40,118 nt of DNA from a virus (Duplodnaviria; Caudoviricetes), in the IMG/VR virus record IMGVR_UViG_3300020570_000016, positions 1-40,118 of that record. The stretch is one strand, 5' to 3'. Shown piece by piece: positions 1 to 6,267 of this stretch. The translations under genes were made by a program, and so were the position numbers. Each line of letters starts with the position of its first letter. Position 1 is the stretch's first letter. The notes below the pieces were generated by a model. It made no database searches, was not told the origin of the DNA, and saw nothing but the letters and a program-made list of their open reading frames with translations.

Positions 1-140
1 TGCCTGCCCTGCTGCATGCCTTCAGGGAAGCCGGCTGGGAAGACATGGGCCGGGTGTACTCGGTCGAACACCCGACCAAGAAACACGTGTTCCGCGCGCC
101 TGATTGGACGGGGAGCAAGAGCGAGGCGCGCCGCCTGGTG
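1..140 (+). repeat. Terminal near-direct repeat, copy of 39979-40118
   Basis: 87-140 is identical to 40065-40118 (54 bp). 1-86 differs from 39979-40064 at 13 positions, all synonymous. Confidence 0.95.
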
Positions 141-191
141 GACCTGCCCGAGCCCAGCGCGGCTGACATCATCGCGCGGGTCAAGGGCTGA
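1..191 (+). CDS. C-terminal end of the primase-helicase, continuing the 37848-40118 ORF across the window junction
   Basis: Frame from nt 3 reads PALLHAFREAGWEDMGRVYSVEHPTKKHVFRAPDWTGSKSEARRLVDLPEPSAADIIARVKG*. Its first 46 aa are identical to the last codons of the window; TGA at 189-191. Confidence 0.9.
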   Translation, partial: PALLHAFREAGWEDMGRVYSVEHPTKKHVFRAPDWTGSKSEARRLVDLPEPSAADIIARVKG

Positions 192-196
192 CAGGC

Positions 197-233
197 AAGA
201 AAAAGCCCGCCGGGCTTGTGGCCGGGCGGGCTT
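197..233 (-). terminator. Rho-independent terminator, possibly bidirectional, between the convergent primase and early-gene array
   Basis: Stem AAGCCCGCC...GGCGGGCTT with an A-tract on its left, which is a U-tract on the minus strand. Confidence 0.75.
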
Positions 234-276
234 GAAGGCCCCGGGAGGGGCGTCAGGAGAAAGTTGGCAGGCCCGA

Positions 277-339
277 CTATAGATCAAGGATGATGATCAG
301 TCCAGCAGCCAGCAGCAGGGCCAGGCCGGCCCAGATCAT
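277..339 (-). CDS. 20-aa hydrophobic micropeptide MIWAGLALLLAAGLIIILDL
   Basis: ATGA overlap with the stop of 336..554; single TM-like helix; below the ORF-track cutoff. Confidence 0.55.
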   Translation of the reverse strand: MIWAGLALLLAAGLIIILDL

Positions 340-554
340 TCATCCTCCAAAAGTGACCAAGCGTCCGCCAGCGCGGCCTGGTGGTCCGGGCAAAGATCAT
401 CCTCAATTTGTTCAAGCGCCCAGCGTAGCGCGGTTTCTAGGTGCTCGATGTGAGCACGGGTCCGTACGCGGGCACGGCGGGCTTCCCAGCGTTCGTCGGC
501 CAGCTCCTCGGCGTTAAGGGGTCGGTCAGGATCAAGGCAGGGGATGTAAGGCAT
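336..554 (-). CDS. hypothetical protein (72 aa)
   Basis: Tightly packed in the minus-strand array, with an AAGGA SD-like sequence upstream. Confidence 0.7.
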   Translation of the reverse strand: MPYIPCLDPDRPLNAEELADERWEARRARVRTRAHIEHLETALRWALEQIEDDLCPDHQAALADAWSLLEDE

Positions 555-557
555 AAA

Positions 558-770
558 TCAGTCCTTCAAAAACGCCAAAATTTCACGCTCTAATGCCGCC
601 GTGGTCGGGCTTGACCCGAGCCGCACGGCCCCTCCAGGGATGTCCCTGTGGTCCCACTGGCACGGGTCGCACCTCACCCACACTGCGCCAAGTCGGTCCA
701 CCTCCAGCGCGAATGCGCCGGGGTAGATTTCCTGTGCGCGGCTCAAGAATTCCACGTTTTGAACGTACAT
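558..770 (-). CDS. hypothetical protein (70 aa)
   Basis: ATG at 770 preceded by GGAGGA; packs against its neighbours. Confidence 0.65.
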   Translation of the reverse strand: MYVQNVEFLSRAQEIYPGAFALEVDRLGAVWVRCDPCQWDHRDIPGGAVRLGSSPTTAALEREILAFLKD

Positions 771-772
771 GA

Positions 773-943
773 TCAATCCTCCAAATCAAACCAATAGGGC
801 ATGTCTTCGATGTACCCGAAAAAGTACCATCCTACGGCGCCCGTGTTTGGCATGGTCCCGTAGACTTCCACTTCTCCGCGCTGGCGGATACGGTAGCAGC
901 GAGGGCCGAATTTGTCCCGCAGTGCGGCACGAAGTTTTTTCAT
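773..943 (-). CDS. hypothetical protein (56 aa, MKKLRAALRDKFGPRCYRIRQRGEVEVYGTMPNTGAVGWYFFG...)
   Basis: Manually translated; fills the gap exactly; AAGGA upstream. Confidence 0.7.
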   Translation of the reverse strand: MKKLRAALRDKFGPRCYRIRQRGEVEVYGTMPNTGAVGWYFFGYIEDMPYWFDLED

Positions 944-946
944 AGG

Positions 947-1258
947 TCAGTCCTTTGAAGTGGCAAGGGCGATGGCGGCACGGGCAGCATCACGCGCATT
1001 TGCGTTTTCGACTGACCCGTAAGGGTTGATATTCGCGGCCAGTCGCAATGCCTCCAACAGCGCAGGCGCGGCGGCGATCAGGCGGGCGTCGGCCCAGCAC
1101 TGCTCATCGCCTTCGGCATCGAGCAGCCAGTTGAACGCTTGGGCAACAAGCATCGGCCCGGCGTGGACCTCGGCCCGCCCATTGGATTGGGTCGGCTTGT
1201 TGGCCGTCCATGGCCCCGGTGTGTGCTTGTATTGCATGAGGTGGGCTCCTGCGGTCAT
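947..1258 (-). CDS. conserved phage hypothetical protein of the HTPGPW...ARLIAAAP type
   Basis: Motifs KHTPGPW and DARLIAAAPALLEAL are typical of a widespread small phage protein family; true start may be the ATG at 1237. Confidence 0.8.
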   Translation of the reverse strand: MTAGAHLMQYKHTPGPWTANKPTQSNGRAEVHAGPMLVAQAFNWLLDAEGDEQCWADARLIAAAPALLEALRLAANINPYGSVENANARDAARAAIALATSKD

Positions 1259-1270
1259 GCTGCGATCCTT

Positions 1271-1432
1271 TCAAAACAGCGCCGGGGTGTCCGGCAGGGG
1301 TTGACGCGGCGCCACTGGCGCGCGCACGGGCTTAGGGTCCGGCGCGTGGCCGGGGGCCGGTAGCGTGGCAGGGAAGGGCCACGGGCGGGGACGGGGTGGC
1401 GTGGCGGGGTGCATAGGGTTGGAGCGGGACAT
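1271..1432 (-). CDS. proline-rich small protein (53 aa, WPFP motif)
   Basis: Manually translated MSRSNPMHPATPPRPRPWPFPATLPAP...PALF*; fills the gap. Confidence 0.55.
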   Translation of the reverse strand: MSRSNPMHPATPPRPRPWPFPATLPAPGHAPDPKPVRAPVAPRQPLPDTPALF

Positions 1433-1441
1433 GGTCAACCC

Positions 1442-1771
1442 CTATGCGTTACAGCACCCGCAGCATGGGGCATCCTCACAAAGCCCCCGGCGGTTTCGAT
1501 AGAACTCCCGTCCGCCGGACGTCCAGAGATGGGAGACGCCGCGTTCCAGACTCTGGCGCAGATACCGGCCCGCATGCGATGCCGCATCCGGGTCGGCATC
1601 CGCCAGATCGGGGTCAATCGACCGGGCTAGGGCTAGGTCCGGGTCAACAGCGGGCAGGAGGTCCGAGAGGTAAGCCCGGCCCTTCCCGACGTAAACGATG
1701 GTGTCACCCGGGCGGATAGGCGCGCCAGTACGGGCGCACCGGCCCGGGAAACGTGCTGTCATGGTTCTCAT
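1442..1771 (-). CDS. Cys-rich hypothetical protein ending CEDAPCCGCC
   Basis: AAAGGTACACC-ATG start; N-terminal ARFPGRC...I..GD.I motif; C-terminal Cys cluster. Confidence 0.8.
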   Translation of the reverse strand: MRTMTARFPGRCARTGAPIRPGDTIVYVGKGRAYLSDLLPAVDPDLALARSIDPDLADADPDAASHAGRYLRQSLERGVSHLWTSGGREFYRNRRGLCEDAPCCGCCNA

Positions 1772-1781
1772 GGTGTACCTT

Positions 1782-2552
1782 TCAGATAGAACGAATTGAA
1801 ATCACTCGCTTTTCATGCCCTGCAGCATGGTCAGCTATCACGATGCTGCGCGCGGCTTTGCTGGTGCCGGCACACAGCATGCAATCAGAGCATTGGGCTT
1901 TGCGGCCACCCTCGACGCTGGCCGGGCACGTAACCTCAAGCGGGGCTTTGTCGACCCCAATGCTCACCCTGAAGTAACGCATTCCCATGGCCTGGGCTTG
2001 ACGGGCTTCGTCTGCGGTATCGGCGGATGCCATCACCAGTGGCGCCCATGCGCGCGCGTCGAATCCTACGGATTGCCATTGGTGGGTGTATCCAACATGG
2101 CCGGCACTCAGGGACACCAGTAGCGCCCACAGCTCTACTGGTGCAGCTGCAGGATCGCCGTACGTGCCAAGACGCAGCTTGCGACCGCGCAGCATGGCGC
2201 GCACTTGGTCAACCGATGATGCGCGCGGATAGGACCCGCGACGATAGGCGCCGAACACTGACAGAACCGACTTGCCGACGTTGACGTAACAGGGCGCCGA
2301 GGGAAGCCCGGCACGCTCGAGCATTTTCGCGATAAGCGGGCGATGCGGGCACAGTCCGCACACGCTGGCATCGTCGCCGGTCTTCAGGGCATCCGTAGGC
2401 GCGACGTCACTGCGAATGATGAACGACTGAACGAGGTTCCCTGTCTTTGCGTTTTCGCTGGACTGGTCGAGCCCCGTGAGAACGACGATGATAGGCTTGC
2501 CATCGATAACGCTGGGGCCGTCATACACGATGAGTGAGTTTGTGTTCGGCAT
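1782..2552 (-). CDS. Cys-rich putative metalloenzyme, 256 aa (gp88-like / radical-SAM-like phage family, tentative)
   Basis: GAGGTACACC-ATG start; motifs NAKTG, VCGLCPHR, CYV, LRLGTYGDPA, GYTHQW, MASAD, CPA, CSDCMLC. Confidence 0.75.
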   Translation of the reverse strand: MPNTNSLIVYDGPSVIDGKPIIVVLTGLDQSSENAKTGNLVQSFIIRSDVAPTDALKTGDDASVCGLCPHRPLIAKMLERAGLPSAPCYVNVGKSVLSVFGAYRRGSYPRASSVDQVRAMLRGRKLRLGTYGDPAAAPVELWALLVSLSAGHVGYTHQWQSVGFDARAWAPLVMASADTADEARQAQAMGMRYFRVSIGVDKAPLEVTCPASVEGGRKAQCSDCMLCAGTSKAARSIVIADHAAGHEKRVISIRSI

Positions 2553-2584
2553 GGTGTACCTCAGTGGATTGGATTGGACTGTGC

Positions 2585-2633
2585 GATGCGTGGCGCATCC
2601 CATAGGCGCCCGATGGGGGCGCCTAGGCGGATG
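2585..2633 (-). promoter_or_regulatory. structured intergenic RNA with two overlapping hairpins in the leader of the 256-aa gene
   Basis: TAGGCGCCC(2603-11)/GGGCGCCTA(2617-25), extended by CATCC/GGATG; alternative stem GATGCG/CGCATC at 2585-2599. Confidence 0.5.
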
Positions 2634-2635
2634 AG

Positions 2636-2902
2636 TCAGTAAGCACGCCAGAACGTGACGTTATCGTCGGTCCTGAAATAAGCATGCGCAAGGTATCCAC
2701 CTCGGCGGTGCGTCATGCGCTGCAGCTTTCCCGCCATTTTCAGAGCTTGCGCCTTAGTGATCGGCGCGATGTCCACCCTGTCAGCGTACTGCGCCACCCA
2801 TGCGTCGCGGGCTTGCCGAGTGTCAAAGCCTGCGACTTGCCAAGCGTTAGTGAGCCCCATGTCGGTCAAAGATCCGTAGATATTGTATTGAGCGTAAAAC
2901 AT
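2636..2902 (-). CDS. hypothetical protein (88 aa)
   Basis: Strong SD TAAGGAGA followed by ACCTACACC-ATG. Confidence 0.75.
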   Translation of the reverse strand: MFYAQYNIYGSLTDMGLTNAWQVAGFDTRQARDAWVAQYADRVDIAPITKAQALKMAGKLQRMTHRRGGYLAHAYFRTDDNVTFWRAY

Positions 2903-2933
2903 GGTGTAGGTTCTCCTTATGTGTGAGGGTGGA

Positions 2934-3008
2934 TTAGATGAATGCGGCGAGCAAAAGCCCGAGGGTCGCGCCGTAGGCGCAAGCGAAGATGATGTCGCGG
3001 GTGCGCAT
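2934..3008 (-). CDS. 24-aa membrane micropeptide MRTRDIIFACAYGATLGLLLAAFI
   Basis: Starts within the 18-bp repeat GGAGCCTGACACC-ATG; hydrophobic C-terminal half. Confidence 0.6.
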   Translation of the reverse strand: MRTRDIIFACAYGATLGLLLAAFI

Positions 3009-3023
3009 GGTGTCAGGCTCCGG

Positions 3024-3215
3024 TCATTTGTGTTTTGCGTGGCTAGCTACGAATGCAATGGTCAAGCAAAGCATGTCCATGGTGCGCGCCAATCGACGGG
3101 AATAGAACGCCAGTAGCTCGTCCGGGCTTGCGGTGGAAGGCCGTAGCCGCGCAATCTCATCCCCGTCGATTTGGATCATCCGATCCATGAGGTCCAAAAG
3201 CTTTTCCGGTGTCAT
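3024..3215 (-). CDS. hypothetical protein (63 aa)
   Basis: ATGA overlap with the upstream gene. Confidence 0.65.
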   Translation of the reverse strand: MTPEKLLDLMDRMIQIDGDEIARLRPSTASPDELLAFYSRRLARTMDMLCLTIAFVASHAKHK

Positions 3216-3430
3216 GCTGCACCCCTAACAGCGTGCAGAGCCGCCAATGCTGCAGCGGCTTGCGTTTTTGTTTTCCATCCCATTTGCCCCATAGTGGCAG
3301 AGCCGGACAACAGCCCTTGTCCCGGATAGGTGCCACGCGGCCCGCTAACGGCGCGCCCGGTAGGCGCATGAATGATTTGCCACACCATGTGGCTGTTAGC
3401 GTTTGTCTTGCGGATTTCGAGGTCTTGCAT
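3212..3430 (-). CDS. hypothetical protein (72 aa, MQDLEIRK...)
   Basis: GGAGCCTGACACC-ATG at 3430. Confidence 0.7.
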   Translation of the reverse strand: MQDLEIRKTNANSHMVWQIIHAPTGRAVSGPRGTYPGQGLLSGSATMGQMGWKTKTQAAAALAALHAVRGAA

Positions 3431-3479
3431 GGTGTCAGGCTCCGATGATGGGCGGGGATCGCTCCCCGCCGGGTTGATG

Positions 3480-3665
3480 TCAGATGATGAACTCGGGTGA
3501 CTTGTTCCACCCGTATGCGATGGCAAGAGACAACATTTCGGTCTTGGCCTTGTTGCGCATGCTGGCGCGGTACAAGGCGGACAGGGCGCGCGCTGCGAAG
3601 TCGGCGCCGAGGTGAGGCGCGTAGGCGATGATCTTGTTTACTTCACGCTGTTCGGACTTATTCAT
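3480..3665 (-). CDS. hypothetical protein (61 aa), first gene of the leftward early array
   Basis: ATG at 3665 (MNKSEQREVNKI...). Confidence 0.65.
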   Translation of the reverse strand: MNKSEQREVNKIIAYAPHLGADFAARALSALYRASMRNKAKTEMLSLAIAYGWNKSPEFII

Positions 3666-3669
3666 GATA

Positions 3670-4340
3670 TGCGCTCTAGGCGGTGAGTTGAGACATCCAT
3701 AATGTACGGGATTGTTGTTCACCCAGTAAAGTGTAGGGGCTTTGCCAATCGTATGATGATTGCCAAGGAATGGCGTTACCTAAGCTGGGACAAGGGGAAT
3801 AGGCGCTGCAGCGCCGCCATCTTAGTCTGCCCGCTAGACCATGATCTAGGCGCCTCAACGCGGCTCATCTTCTAGGGGGATATGCTAGTTAGGTCATTAG
3901 ATGATTGACTGTCAATCAAAAGAAGATATATAAGTATATAAGCATATACTGATATATGGGCATGGCGGCGCACGCTCCCGCCGCGACCCCGATATGCTAT
4001 GCCCAAACCGCCTACCATGACCTATACCCTCAAGACCACGTTCGCGCAGCTGCGCACCCGTCAAGCCACATAGGCGCATGGCATTGCATAGCCTAGACCA
4101 CCTAGCACCAGGCGGCCATGCTAGCCAGGGTATCGACCCGGATAGGCGATGCCTAAAGCGCCTAGCGGACCGCAGACTGCAGACGGCGTGCGGCCGGGCG
4201 CCAGGACGGGGGGGGAGGGGGGACCGGCGACCTGAGCGATCAAAAACGAAGGGCCCGCAGACAATTTTTATTTTTTGGGGCCACAAGCAAAAATTATTTT
4301 TGCAAACACAAACGGAAAAGGCTTACGCTATACTCAGATC
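3670..4340. other. large non-coding divergent intergenic region, candidate replication origin and/or packaging signal
   Basis: No credible ORF; AT-rich core ~3912-3960; 9 CTAG tetramers; G8-A-G6 tract ~4208-4222; inverted repeat at 4287-4303. Confidence 0.5.
3701..3730 (-). promoter_or_regulatory. candidate sigma70 promoter for the leftward early operon
   Basis: TTTACT-18 nt-TACATT on the minus strand. Confidence 0.35.
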
Positions 4341-4343
4341 GCC

Positions 4344-4823
4344 ATGTTCAAGTCGCTCCCGCTGACCATCCGCGAAGTCAAGGCCACAGAGGCCGTGCTG
4401 AACCGCGTGTATGACGCGGCGAAACGGGGGTTGAAGGGCGACAACCTGGCGCTGGCGGCAGGGTTGTTGCCAAGCGAGTACCGGCGCTTGCGCGAACTGG
4501 ACCCAATTGCGGAGTTGGCCGAGCAGAAAGGCCGCGCGGATAGCGAACTTGCCATGTCCGCGGTGTTGCATGAGGCGGCGTTGAACGGCGACTACAAAGC
4601 GGCGCTGGCGATCTTGCAGAACGTCCACGGTTGGGTGGCCAAGCAGCAGGTACAGATTGACGTGGCGCAGCAGATCAGCATCACGGCGGCGCTTGAGCAG
4701 GCGCAGTCGCGGGTGCTGGAACTCGTACATGAGGTGACGGATGCAAGAGCCCCGGTTTTCGGCGGACCAAGAGCAAGGCTTGATGGCCAGGCTCTGGAGT
4801 CCGGCGATAGCGAACGACCCTGA
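4344..4823 (+). CDS. terS: terminase small subunit (putative)
   Basis: Immediately upstream of and overlapping terL; small helical protein with HTH-like N-terminal part; TATACT at 4329-4334 upstream. Confidence 0.7.
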   Translation: MFKSLPLTIREVKATEAVLNRVYDAAKRGLKGDNLALAAGLLPSEYRRLRELDPIAELAEQKGRADSELAMSAVLHEAALNGDYKAALAILQNVHGWVAKQQVQIDVAQQISITAALEQAQSRVLELVHEVTDARAPVFGGPRARLDGQALESGDSERP

Positions 4824-6267
4824 GAAGTTCGTCCTGTTTGCGTTCCCGTGGGGCGAGAACGGCACGCCGCTGGCCAAGCACAAAGGACCGCGCGTGTGGC
4901 AGCGTCAGGTGTTGCGCGACATCCGCGACCACATCGCCAAGAACCAGACCGTGGACGCCTACCAGGTGCTGCGCATGGCCACGGCGTCAGGTCGCGGCAT
5001 CGGCAAGTCGGCGCTGGTCAGTTGGTTGGTGGTGTGGATGCTGACCACGCGCATTGGCTCAAGCGTGATCGTGTCGGCCAACAGCGAAGCGCAGCTCCGC
5101 AGCATCACATGGGCCGAGATCACGAAGTGGCTGGCGATGCTGATCAACAGCCACTGGTGGGAGATCAGCGCCACACGGATCACGCCGGCCAAGTGGTTGA
5201 GCGAGATCGTCGAGCGCGACTTGCGCAAGGGTACGCGGTACTGGGGCGCGGAGGGGCGGCTGTGGTCGGAGGAGAACCCTGACGCCTACGCCGGCCTGCA
5301 CAACTCAGACGGTGTGCTGCTGATCTTCGACGAAGCCAGCGGCATACCGGACACGATCTGGGACGTGGCGCAGGGCTTCTTCACAGAGAACACGCCGCAC
5401 AGGTTCTGGCTGGCGTTCAGCAACCCGCGGCGCAACCAAGGGTACTTCTACGAGTGCTTCAACGCCAAGCGGGCGTTCTGGAACACGCGGCAGATCGACG
5501 CCCGCACGGTCGAGGATACGGACAAGAGCGTCTACGAGCAGATCATTGAGGAGTACGGCGAGGACAGCCCGCAGGCCCGCATTGAGGTCTACGGCGAGTT
5601 CCCGTCAACGGGCGACGAGCAGTTCATTGCCCCAAGGCTGGTCGATGAGGCGTTCAAGCGAGCCAAGTACAAAGACCCCGGAGCGCCCATCGTGATCGGC
5701 GTGGACCCGGCGCGCAGCGGGGCGGACTCCACTGTCATCGTGGTCAGGCAGGGGCGCGACCTGCTGGAGATCCGGCGCTACCGCGGCGACGACACCATGA
5801 CGGTCGTGGGGCACGTCATTGAGGCGATTGAGGATTTCAAGCCGACGCTGGTGGTGCTGGACGAGGGCGGGCTGGGGTACGGCATCCTTGACAGGCTGAA
5901 CGAGCAGCGGTATAAGGTGCGCGGCGTCAATTTTGGCTGGAAAGCCAAGAATCAGGTCATGTGGGGCAACAAACGGGCCGAAATGTGGGGTGCGATGCGC
6001 GACTGGTTGCGCACCGCGGCCATCAAAGAGGACCGGCAGCTCAAAACGGACCTGACGGGGCCGAAAACCAAGCCTGACAGCAGCGGAACGCTCTATCTGG
6101 AGTCGAAAAAGGACATGAAAGCCCGCGGATTGGCCTCTCCAGACGCTGCAGACGCGCTGGCGGTCACGTTTGCCTTCCCCGTGGCCTCCAGAGAGCGCGT
6201 AGAGCGCCCCAGAACGCTTACAATGCGCGACAGAAGCCAAATGTCGGCGAGTTGGATGGGGGCGTAA
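4741..6267 (+). CDS. terL: terminase large subunit
   Basis: Walker A ASGRGIGKS, Walker B LLIFDEASG, nuclease motifs IGVDPARSGADST and SPDAADALA. Confidence 0.95.
   Translation: MQEPRFSADQEQGLMARLWSPAIANDPEKFVLFAFPWGENGTPLAKHKGPRVWQRQVLRDIRDHIAKNQTVDAYQVLRMATASGRGIGKSALVSWLVVWMLTTRIGSSVIVSANSEAQLRSITWAEITKWLAMLINSHWWEISATRITPAKWLSEIVERDLRKGTRYWGAEGRLWSEENPDAYAGLHNSDGVLLIFDEASGIPDTIWDVAQGFFTENTPHRFWLAFSNPRRNQGYFYECFNAKRAFWNTRQIDARTVEDTDKSVYEQIIEEYGEDSPQARIEVYGEFPSTGDEQFIAPRLVDEAFKRAKYKDPGAPIVIGVDPARSGADSTVIVVRQGRDLLEIRRYRGDDTMTVVGHVIEAIEDFKPTLVVLDEGGLGYGILDRLNEQRYKVRGVNFGWKAKNQVMWGNKRAEMWGAMRDWLRTAAIKEDRQLKTDLTGPKTKPDSSGTLYLESKKDMKARGLASPDAADALAVTFAFPVASRERVERPRTLTMRDRSQMSASWMGA

Larger units (their letters stand above)
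3005..3444. repeat. 18-bp exact direct repeat GCATGGTGTCAGGCTCCG at 3005-3022 and 3427-3444
   Basis: Read directly; each copy is the SD plus start codon of a minus-strand gene. Confidence 0.9.

Noticed and set aside
1-140. Terminal near-repeat as the TR/VR pair of a diversity-generating retroelement (the replication module resembles BPP-1-like phages)
   Set aside because: Differences are synonymous and not adenine-specific, the target is a primase, and no reverse transcriptase ORF is visible
16-282. 88-aa plus-strand ORF at the window start
   Set aside because: Wrong frame; the true coding frame is the primase C-terminus ending at 191
3912-4365. ORFs 3912-4286 (-) and 4078-4365 (+) in the intergenic region
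   Set aside because: No SD, atypical composition, and they cross homopolymer tracts; the region is better explained as non-coding
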